A stretch of 62,230 nt of DNA, the filler included, from Nemertoderma westbladi (taxonomy: Eukaryota; Animalia; Xenacoelomorpha): assembly GCA_032718475.1 (NCBI GenBank). It is 3 parts of 3 records of this genome, joined end to end, with 100 filler letters (N's around TTAATTAATTAA, not from the genome) between each part and the next. Parts side by side here need not be neighbours in the genome. Positions count along the whole stretch, not along the records: positions 19,624 to 44,304 come from JAUCBJ010005873.1; positions 44,405 to 62,230 come from JAUCBJ010007558.1; 1 more part is not named here. One strand, 5' to 3'. A program made the translations under genes and the position numbers. Shown here in pieces: positions 37,047-48,005 of the stretch; positions within the stretch are counted from its first letter, which is position 1, and every line of letters begins with the position of its first letter. The notes under the pieces were generated by a model. That model was not told where the DNA came from, did no database searches, and saw only the letters and a program-made list of their open reading frames with translations.

Positions 37047-38019
37047 CCCCCCCCCCCCCCCCATGCTATCTTCCCGGTGAGAAGATAGCATCACCTCTAA
37101 GTGCGCTTCAATTCCGCTGGAACCCGATCTACTATCGGGTGTGGGGTGGAGTTCTTTTCTTGGAGTCGGCTTTCCAGGCCGCTCCCTCTGGGTATGATAT
37201 TACTACCCCTTCTTAGTGCAACCGAAACCTATGTTGCACCAAGACATCTGACGTCTCTGTTTGAGACAATTGTGGAATCCTCACACAATTTTAAAAACTC
37301 TCTCACTCTGAACTCTAACTTCTCACTCTAACTCCACTCTAACTCCACTCTAACTCCACTCTAACTCCACTCTAACTCCACTCTAACTCCATCTAACTCC
37401 ACTCCACTCTATCTAACTTCACTCTGCTCGCTTTTACTCCACTCTGATTCGCACTCCTCTGACTCTCTCTCATCCTGTCAACACCTCCTCTCCATACTTC
37501 CCTGTGCTCCTCTCATACTCCCAAAGTGTCAACTTTTCTTATGCTACCATACTGTGCTATTATTCTATCTACCTTATCTAAATCTTACTTCTTGCTTACT
37601 ACTTACTCTACTAACTCTCTTACTACTAACTCTATTCTACTAACTCTAATTCTACTAACTCTAACTCTACTAACTCTAATTATATTAACTCTCTAACTCT
37701 TTACTAACTCTAACTCTACTAACTCTAATTCTACTAACTCTCTACTAACTCTAACTCTCTTTCTACGTGGCGCTTTCGGTGCCCACAACCCCTCTACTAC
37801 AACTTTCTTCTAACTTCTAACTACTAACTTCTAACTCTACTCTTACTAACTTCTACTAACTTCAACTAACTTTCTAACTACTTACTGACTTTCTAACTTT
37901 CTACTTACTATCTTCTACTAACTTTCTCACTTCTACTTACTATCCAACTTCTACTAACTTTCTTACTTACTTACTAGTTAACTTCTACTTACTATTACTT
38001 TCTAACTTTCTACTTACTT

Positions 38020-41000
38020 TATTATTTTATTATTTTAATTATTTTTATTATTTATATTTCTTATTCTTTTTTAAAGACAATCAACACCCCCATACCGGGG
38101 TAAATATATTTATCGGATTCCATCTTATTGCTCTGGTTATAAACGCAACTGTTAAACAATGATATTGAAAGACGATAGGCTACTCTATAAAACATATTTC
38201 ATAATATTTATAATAATTTACATATGTACAGTAAACTTTGGTTCAATGTGTGAATAAAACAATTTATTATTATTAAATTAAATATAATCAACTCGTTGAT
38301 AAAAATAATTCAAAAATATCGTGCAAAACGGATTCATATATATAACTCAAGCAGCCAACGAATTTAGGCTAGGACAGGCAGGACATCGAAGGGCGTGATA
38401 TCTGTTTTCACAGTTCCCACCACAGAAACTACAGATACAGTCTTTTTTTGGGGAGTGGAATGAGTTCATAGTGCAGCAGATCAGATGGTGAAACCCGTGA
38501 GATGTTGCCCTACAGACAGCATGACGATTTCGTTGTCCAGGTCGTTTCCAGTTGAAGTTTTGAAAGGCAGGTCCCTCTAGGTAGCCCTCCCTTATAAAAT
38601 TATTCATCCGTTCAGCTCTATAGTTCCTATATTTTAGCGCAGTAGTCTCGTTAAAAATATTTGGGTTCCTATCTAAAATATATTCTATCAAAGTTGGTTC
38701 ACCAAGTAAGTTATGCACAAATGTTGACGATGAAGATATGTGTAGACCTAGCATACGTTTAATAAAAGTAGATTTCGTTTTATCGATTTCTTTAAGGTTT
38801 GACAATTTAAGATAGATACCATACGCAGGTAGGCCATAAGTAATCATCGGAAGCACTTTACCATTAAAAATCGTTAAACCAGTATCCGTAGATAGTAATT
38901 GCAACTTAGTAAAAGAACCTATTAACTTATAAGCTTCAACATTTTTACTATTGATATGGTTTGTAAAGCACAACGACGACTGTACTGTTACGCCTAAGTA
39001 TTGGTATTGTTTTTCTACATTAACTAGATTACCATTGTATGTAAATGTATCATTTGTACTTAAACGACCACCTTTTCGAAATTTAACTATTTTAGTTTTC
39101 ACCAAGTTCACGTCCATTCCTTTTTTCCTGCACCATTCGAATAACGCGTTCAATGCTGACTGAATATCGTCTCTTCTCTTTGAAAAGAATACTAAATCAT
39201 CCGCATAAAAAATAGATAATATTGTAGCAACAACTGCACGTAAAGCACTGACTAAATCTGCTATAAAAAGTAAAAAACATGTTGGCGATAAACAATCGCC
39301 CTGTAAAATACCCCGAAGTTGTTGTATGATATTTGAGAATCGTAAACCATCAAAAATTTGAAAACTGTTATTTAATATTGACTTAATAAGATCAAAAGGT
39401 TTCCCCTTGACACCTAATGTATACAATTTGTATAGAAGTAGGGCTCTGGGCACAGAATCAAAAGCCTTTCTAAAATCTACAAAACAGGCATATACAATGC
39501 GTTCATTTCTAGAACTCGAATTAAAAGCCTCACTAATATATCTAAGTAACTGTGTAATAGCTTCAACTGCACTCTTTCCAGGCAAAAAACCAAATTGTTC
39601 AATAGGGATCTGGTCTCTTAGATTAGAAATTATACGTTTATTCATTATCGCGGTTAATAGTTTCAACATTATATATGTTAGAGCTATTCCACGATAATTA
39701 TCTGGGTTATTTAAGGGGGGGGTATACCCCCCCATGAACCTTTTTTTAAAATGGCTGTCAATTAGTGTTAAATGATAATATTGCTATTTTGTCATGGTCA
39801 ACCACTGTATGGAAGGCCAAATAGCATTTATAGTAAAATTTAAAAATTTGTAGCCTCCCCCTAGCGGCTGGCGGCGGAATTAAAGATTTCACTAAAATTG
39901 CTACTAGTCCCTCAATTTTGGTCCAAATTTCTTGAAACCAACTTTTTTGGACTCAGCGTGATTGACTCTACAAAAGTTATCTTATAGAATTTTTAATTAG
40001 CCAATTTTATTTTAATTAATTAATTTAATTAATTAATTATCATATATTTTAGAAAAAATGGTAATATTTATCAAAATTCCATAAGATAACTTTTAAAGAG
40101 CTTCCAAAGCTCGTTCGAATGAGCCAAAAACGAAGAAAATTGGTTGAAAAATGACGTAGGAGTAGTAATTTGAAAATGAAAAATGACATTCCGAGAAAAT
40201 GCCCTTCAAAGTTTAAACCGTCCCGCCAAAATTGGCTGTCTGTGTTCTGGTTGGTTAATTATTTCTGGCACGAATGATGCACACCAACGAGCTAAAATGT
40301 TCATTTCTGGGGTTTTCGGGGTCACTGATTTCATTTCCGATGTCAGTTTTAATTTTTAGTGGAATCTAGTCTATCTGTCTGTCTGTCGGTCTTCTGTCTT
40401 TCTTACAATTTGACGGACAGACCGTCGTACGGAAAAACAGTAATAACTCGAGAACTGAAAGAGGTCTCACTAAGCGGTTTTCAGATTTGTAATCCTCATT
40501 AAATTCTGCTCTAGATGAGATAAAGAAACAATAATTTGAAAATTTTACCTGAGGGGGGGTATACCCCCCCCTTAACGCACCCTTTCCTTTATATAAGATT
40601 TTGATAAAACTGTAAGACCACGATAGATCCCACGTTTAAACAAAAATTAAATAACATCATAATAAAAACCGCGAGAAAAGGAAGTGATTGCTTAATGTGT
40701 TCATAAAATAAACCGTCGGGGCCACTGGCATTCTTGTTGGATGCATTTCGAGCTGCTAGATAGATCTCCTCCTCAGTAACTGGTTCATTATACCACTCAG
40801 GCGCTTCGCGCTCCTCTGGCTATGTGCTCGGTACGACTGGGCATTCGTGTGGATTGTTTTCAGTTCCCAATAGAGCCTGGAAATGTTCGCCTAGACGGTC
40901 GACTCCAAATCGGTGCCACGGTTGGCGGCTTCCGGTCCTTAAAAAGAGACCAAGGGTTGATCTCAGCATCAGCTACCCGCTTGAGTACGATCTCCTCCTC

Positions 41001-42880
41001 ATACGATTCATTCTTCGCTTTCTGTAACTTCTTATACTCTTTCCTAATAGCCCAGTAATGAAGGCGTGTTGTATCGGTTGTTCTCAATCTCAGAGCATCC
41101 ATAACTTGCAACTTTGCGGATCTACACTCGTCATCAAACCACGGTTTTCCCCGAAACCGTTTGATTGGTTTAGGAATTGTAGATTCCTTTATAATTGTTG
41201 TCAGCAAGGTCTCCGCAACGTTAATATCAGTCTTGTTCTGAAATACGTTTAATAGATCAGTGGATGCGATTGTAATGTGTCAATGTTTATTTGGCGAGAT
41301 AATGGGGTTGGTCTTGTCATATATTCTGGTGTCACACTGTTTATCTTGAGTATGGTAGACAAACGTTGCGGTGTGGGCATTATCGTAACTCTTGGCAGAG
41401 CTCTTGATATTATACCATAGTATTTCGCGAAAATCAAGTCAATGACGCTTTCGCCCTGGGGTGATATATACGTAGGGATTCCAGGTGACTCAAATTCAAT
41501 GAGGTTGAAACAAAGGCTGTTTAAACTTTCTATAAGTTCTGATCCACGATTTCTGGAGTCTAAACGGCAGTTGAAATCACCAGCTAATAGTATATTGTCG
41601 TCATCCTGAGCAAATGTAAGTGACACCGAGATGTTTAAAACAATTTCGCTAATAGGTGTGTCAGCTTCGAAATAGAATAAAATAAAGCAGCAAGTTGTCG
41701 TTCTGCAGACCATGTAACTTTCACACTTAGTTAATACACCCGGCTGTAGACTTGGTTTTACCAAAATGGCAAGACCACCCTGGGGCCGGCCACGTGGGGG
41801 TTTCTTTGCGGGCTGAACAAAGGAATAATAGCCCTGCACATCAATCTGGTCCTCCGTAAATAGAGTTTCATTAAATAGTAATACATCGTGATCTTGACAG
41901 ATTTCCGCATCGGTTAGGTTATCACGAATAAAGCTCAGTCCTTCCATATTCCATAGAGACAGCGATATATTTAGTCAGTCAGTTTCACTCGCATTTTCAA
42001 CTCTCTGGTTTTCTTCTCTGCGAGCGACTCCCGTCTGTCCACCCCAATCGCGACGGCGTGGTCGTAGTCCGTATTTCTCCCATTCAGCATCAGACAGTTT
42101 GTACCATTTGATGACTATGCCATCCTCCCAGAGGCCAGGATTCATGAGAGCATGTCTCATATCCCAGTCTGCAATAATGTGAAAACTTCTTGAGATAGAC
42201 CCTTCATAGACGTCCTTTGGTATAACTTCGTCAACATCAATTCCATCCTCTCTTAGATTCGTAACGATTTCCGACGACGTCGTCAGTTAAGTCGATTCGG
42301 CTAACTAGATTGACATTTTCGAGGGCGACTGCTTGGTTGGGTGGTAGACCTCCTCGGGGCAGCCCGGATGGAACTCCCGGTGTCTGTTCGCATTCCTCGT
42401 ATCGGTTGCGATCGAGCTCGACTGTTATCGGGCACAGGCCGGCGAACCATCCCTGTGTCGGAAGGTGTTTCGGTTTGCCGCTGCGGTTCCTCGCACCTGG
42501 TCGGTTCAGCCGGAACCTAAGTGCTAACGGTGGCCACGTCATAAGTACGTCTCGGTAAGAAGTTGTATTCGTATTTGTAGAACGGGATTCCCCTTGAGTT
42601 TGCTGTGATCTTGTTTCGGTCTTTTGCTCGCTTATCTTTATTATTTCATTCTTTGCCGTTAATGATTCCTGGAGTGCTTCACCTAGCTTTCCTAATGATA
42701 TAGTATACATTGCAGTCATCGACATCAATCTATCTGTTACTATTCGCTCTTCCTCCAGGGTAACAGATTTCTTTGACTTTATTGCCCGGATGGTTGATAG
42801 GACTTCATCCCGAAAACCGATGAACTCCTCCGCCATCGGTATAGCCTAGACTTTCTGTGTCCTTCAGCTTGATTAATAGC
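38020..42880 (-). mobile_element. Nearly full-length APE-type LINE (ORF1, then ORF2 with EN, RT and a Cys/His C-terminus), decayed and split by a MITE
   Basis: ORF1 pieces at 42237-42836 and 41975-42160 (SFHII..LMNPGLWEDG). EN 41249-41964 (WNMEGL, LFNET, AGDFN, SVIDLIF). Linker KPWFDDEC and SGPDG. RT 38347-39710 (NYRGIAL, FVDFRKAFDSV, GILQGDCLSP, FYADD, YLG). A/T-rich tail near 38020-38070. Confidence 0.92.
39715..40571. mobile_element. 857-bp MITE with TTAA TSD and GG...CC termini (Kolobok-type)
   Basis: TTAA|GGGGGGGGTATACCCCCCC ... GGGGGGGTATACCCCCCCC|TTAA (39711-39714, 40572-40575). Excision restores the LINE frame LYKGKGALNNPDNYRGI. Confidence 0.88.
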
Positions 42881-44304
42881 ATAAAATTATAATTTAATTA
42901 TATTATACCGGTATATATATAAGAGTCCTGTAATCGTCAGAAAACAAATACCAATAAATTCCCTTATAAAAATCACCCTTATTCGAATGTTGGAAGGGCG
43001 TCTCGCCCTCATTCCCACCCCCCTCAGTCCAACATTTGGACGACTAAACTCTAAGGGGCCCCTTCTTCCAGTAGGCACTCTCCCACTGTCCCCCTATACA
43101 TCCTCTTATCCTTCGCCACACTCTCTTTGCCAATTCCATCCCTCTAGGAATTGATTCTCCCTCTTCTGCCACCCTAAAATCGGGTCTCTCCGCCGCCTTC
43201 TTATTTTCCTTATTTCCTGGCAGCAAAATGCCACCCCCACCTTGTCGTTCCCGGCGGCAGAATGAAAAGAAACGGAAAGAACAGACAAAACAGAACGAAC
43301 AATAGTAATCCTATCCCTTTCCATCCTGTCTTCTTACTCGACCTCCCCCTTTTCGGTATGCCTCTCAACCGGACCGGCATCTCCTCCGGACACTCCTCTG
43401 AACACTCCTCCGGACACTCCTCCGGACACTCCTCCGGACATTCCTCCGGACACTCCTCCAGACTGGTGTCCTCTGGACATCTTGCCGTCCACTCCTCTCC
43501 ATCCCCATACCGATACTTGCTGGGAACATCCTTGTTCCATCCTATTATCTCTAAGTCTTCCGCGTCAAATCCATTCTCCTCCGCCCATTCTCTTGCTGCT
43601 ACTTCTCCTTCTAGCTTATCTACCGTCTATGGTTTCTGACTATGACTATGGTTTCTGTACTGTCTATGGATCTGATCCCGTCGTTCACGCTACCCTATTG
43701 CCTACACTATCTCTCCCAGCATGGCCTATAGTATGTGCAGTAAGGCCTACAGTATGTCCTGCAGTCTGCATGTGCCCTTCCGTACCGAAGTTCAATCTTC
43801 TCGAATAATCCAAGAAGTCCTCCCCGCGACTACCGTACTCTCGATCGGCAGCTATATCCCGTCGGGAAGTTTCTCTTCGATCCCCTCTCCTGTTCTCTTC
43901 CTCGTATCGGTACGTCCTGTACCCTTCTCCTAGTGTGCAGTGCGTCTCTCCGGGGCGACGGCAATCTCCCGGAGTTCGACCCCACTGACTCCCTAACTCC
44001 ATCTCTACTACCGACGGCTCGCTATCCGTCCTTGCTCTCTGGTTGCCCGTAGCAACGATTCTTCTATTCTCTTCACTTCTTCTCTCTTCGACCTCCCGGT
44101 TAAACTCTACTATTCTTCTTCTCTCTTCCGACTGATGTCTTCTCGCTCGCCCACTCTCGGCGCTAACATCTTTCTCTCTGTCCGCCTGGACCCTCCTGGG
44201 GATACTCATCATCCCCCTACTATTCTCCGTTGTCGGGTGCCGCAGTTCACCTAACTTGCCCCGTGCATTATCTGCCGACGCTTGTGGGAAATTCTCTGCC
44301 CCCC

Positions 44305-44404
44305 NNNNNNNNNNNNNNNNNNNNNNNNNNNNNNNNNNNNNNNNNNNNTTAATTAATTAANNNNNNNNNNNNNNNNNNNNNNNNNNNNNNNNNNNNNNNN
44401 NNNN
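44305..44404. other. Assembly gap / artificial contig linker
   Basis: N44-TTAATTAATTAA-N44. Confidence 0.98.
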
Positions 44405-44934
44405 GGTGTGTATTGAATCCAATGTTATTTAGCAGACCCTACGTGAGTCAATTACTGCTCTCTTTATGTGTGATCAAATGTACTGACTGTCGGCAGAATA
44501 GTGTGTATGATTGTGATTGGTAACAAAGTATTTCCTAAAGAATACGTTTTATACTTTAATCATAAGCAGTATCGTTGCGTTTAGTATAAGTCTTAGTTCT
44601 GTTTAAATAGATAAAGCGCCACGTCCTAAAGGAACTGTTAATATTTCCCGAAAGCCAATAATATCTGTCAGAGATTAATTATTAACGATCTATCGAATAA
44701 TACATTAGGTATACACTGCAACCTTACACTGTAATAATACAATTCAAGCATCCGAATTCAGTCTCCCGGGTGTAGATCCATCGGGTGAATGATCGCGCAT
44801 GGGCTGACTTCGGCTAATGTTTTGCGTATTAGCATAAATTATTGTCGTATGCTAAAGTGGTTTTAATTAACGAAAAGACATATAAATTTTGGCAGGTTAA
44901 ACTGCTAAAGGTCTTCGAAAGCGCGAACAATAGT

Positions 44935-45319
44935 TTTCAACACTCGATATTTTTCAACACTCGATATTTTACTCTCGACATTTTTCAACACTCGTTATTT
45001 TCGATATTTTTACTCTCGATATTTTTCAACACTCGATATTTTTCAACACTCGATATTTTTCAACACTCGATATTTTTAATCTCGATATTTTTCAACACTC
45101 GATATTTTTCAACACTCGATATTTTTCAACACTCGTTATTTTCGATATTTTTCATCTCGCGTTATTTTTACTCTCGATATTTTTCAATACTATATTTTTA
45201 CTCTCGATATTTTTTAATCACGTTAATTTTCAACACTCGTTATTTTTACTCTCGATATTTTTACTCTCGTTATTTTTACTCTCGATATTTTTCAAGTCTC
45301 GATATTTTTCACCATTACC
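44935..45319. repeat. 15-18-bp tandem repeat (CTCGATATTTTTCAACA), probably a transposon subterminal array
   Basis: Visible reiteration ending CTCGATATTTTTCAAGTCTCGATATTTTTCACCATTACC, identical to 25993-26031. Confidence 0.9.
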
Positions 45320-45950
45320 GATCAAGGGACATTTAATGAAAATGACAGAGGAAAAGATGAAAGAGGAAATGCTGCATTTATAACAGTGCGAAACATCGTG
45401 TTAAAAGGAAGTTTGTGATAGTATTAGGCAGTGAATTAATGCACAAACATCACGTAGTCGGTACGTAGTGCTATATATTATGTAAGTAATATATACTATG
45501 CTCCACATGTGTACTATAAACGTTGAAAATGTTGACTATCAAGGCCTGTTCCGTGGTACAGACAAACAACTGCTTGTAGGAAGGTAACGAAGTCGTTTTG
45601 ATCCATCCATGACTGACTTGTAACACAAAACCTCCTGCGAGCCCTTTTAGATTTCCCCTGCAGCATTTCAACGGTGCTGTAGTAATGATGACATTAGTTC
45701 AATGAAACAATGATAAAGAACTATGTAGGTAAAGGAGTAGATACGATGCTACCGCAGATCGAAAATTTAAATGTTAATTGTACTAGTTTGCGTTTTTCTA
45801 TTATGAAAAACTGGTGGGGATGTTCAGGGGTGTTATAAATTCGATAAGTTTCGCACAAAGTAGCAGCAGTTTTAAGCATTACGACGCGGGCATTATTTTC
45901 AAGGGTTTTTAAAGCTAAAGGTGTAATATTATGGTTTTGTTCAGAAATTG

Positions 45951-46053
45951 AAAAAATGAGAAAGCGCGTCACCGGGGGTTGAACCAGCGCTATACGTACG
46001 TTTCAGCCTATAAGGCCTCATCAGTAGCGCTAACCAGTTCAGCCACTTGCCCC
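45951..46053 (-). ncRNA. tRNA-like Pol III cassette (A box, B box, T6 terminator) containing a type I hammerhead ribozyme at 45986-46031
   Basis: Minus strand: GGGGCAAG TGGCTGAACTGG TT AGCGCTA CTGATGA GGCC TTATA GGCT GAA ACGTACGT A TAGCGCT GGTTCAACCC CCGGTGACGCGCTTTCTCA TTTTTT. Confidence 0.8.
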
Positions 46054-46860
46054 TGACAATCACTCTCCCACAATCACCATCCCAGTTATTTATTTATGCA
46101 GGGTTGGTGCGCGAAAAAATTGTTGGTCTAGAAACAAACAATTGAATAAGGGGTGCCGGATTGTGTTTTTTGTAAAAACACGAGGAACGGTCGAAATGGC
46201 GCGTTTAAGTAAGAGCGGGAAGCCAATTTTGAAAATCGACTGTGATTGGCTGCTAAATATTTGACGTCATAACGCTGATCTGATAATTTCTTATCTTGGT
46301 TTCTATGGATAGTGATTTTCGATCCATTCAAATACACAATAAATCTTAATCATTTCACACGTGGCATTTATTAATTTAAAGCGGAGATTCTTGCGCGTCT
46401 TTTGACACTACAATTAATTAAATTCATGTTGAGGAACATGGATAAAATTGGCTAGTTGATATTACCAAAATCTTGTGAAATAGATTTCGGTGTGTGAATC
46501 TGATGACGATCCATTTATGGGGTTTGACGGATTGTTATGACTGACATTGTTGAGAGTTATCTGATTGTTAAGAATGAAGGAAAATATACTGTAGGCCTAG
46601 TGTGTTGAACCGTAACGCGGTAATAGGCTGTATGTATAATAAAGATAACTGAAAATCGAGAACATAAGAACAGTATCAAATTTTGGCTTTATAACAGACC
46701 GATTTTGGTAAATTATTGACCTGTCAAGTTTTGCAAACGAATAATCGAATGTATCATGGCATTCTTAACCTTCTGTTTCATCTGAACGTTGAAACATTAT
46801 TTCTGGAATGTTTAGTTATATGAAAGTACAGAATTGCTAGCTAATTGGAACAGTACAAAC

Positions 46861-46946
46861 TATGCTGCTCGCAATTACTGATTCGATTCCTTTACTCGCG
46901 AGGAAAGAATACAAAAATATTAGAACGCTGTAGATTCCTTTAACGT
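46861..46946 (-). pseudogene. Short diverged duplicate of the MINDY3 coding sequence
   Basis: Matches 48768-48836. Encodes KGIYSVLIFLYSFLASKGI versus KGVYGVLLLLYSFLASKGI in the gene. Confidence 0.8.
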
Positions 46947-48005
46947 TCTAGAATATCTATAAACAGTAATAAATTATTGGCATGCTTTACAAGAACAAAA
47001 ATATACATTAAAAATGAATTGAAATTTTCACGAAATGTTTGATTTTTTAATTTACTTAAATTTTCATTGTGTTTTGTCATGAAATTTATACCCCCTCGTT
47101 AGCTAGTAAATTCAGGCTGCATGGGCTATAGTTTGACGCCTTGGTTCACTATAGCTGATAAAGGTGGTATTATACCATAAAGCTCGGCGGTTGCCATGTG
47201 TTGTCTCCCAGCTTATGTTTAGTGCTTGCTGAAGTTGTCTTTTCTGGTGCTCTCTATCTATGACCAAATGTACTGGAAGTCGTCAACTTTCCGTCAAAAT
47301 TAAAAATAAATATATATAGAATCAGGACATTTAGCCCAAAATTAAGCCCTTTTTGCTATAGTGATAAATACAGGAAAACCCCAAAGTCAGCAATGTTGGT
47401 TAATTACGTTTAATGTATGAGTGTATAGAGCTTCACCCTTTGTGGCCGTCCTCATTGCTCAATCCAGTACAATTACGAATAGTAATGGCGTCAATGGTCG
47501 AATGCTTTCTTGAAGTCCACAAAAGTCAGGACTGCGAGGAGATGCTTTCACTTAATCCCTTCAACCAGCCTCCTTAGAGCTAGCACCTGAGCTATTAATT
47601 GTTGATCTATTTGGTCGAAATCCATTAATGTAATAAAATAATATTCAATTTAAGTGCCCAAAAAATCTGCAGTTTATGTGGTATATAATGATTAAGTTTG
47701 ACGTACAATTTAGAAATTTTGAACCAGCAATATAATGTTGTGAAATTTTCCGTGGACCAAAAGCACTTTTTAGGTAGGTTTCGCGTGTGTTGCCTTTTGA
47801 AAATAAGACACCCCAGAACTAAAAAAAACAGGAAGAAGTAAATTACTTCGGCTAAAAAATATTGCCGATATAATTAATTACTTTGTTACACTAATAGTTA
47901 GTAAAGGACGAGATATTACAAATAATTAGTTAGATAAGTATATATATACACTATACAGTATACAGATACACTACACTATATGTAGGCTAACTAATAATAA
48001 AATAG

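Larger units (their letters stand above)
36411..44304 (-). mobile_element. LTR element with no visible pol, copy B; interrupted by a LINE (about 38020-42880) and truncated by the gap
   Basis: Homologous to copy A at the ORF block and the pre-PPT block. Has the same AGTTAGTAGA-type low-complexity tract and one GTTGTGGGCACCG.AAGCGCCACGTAGA motif at ~37762. Confidence 0.65.
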
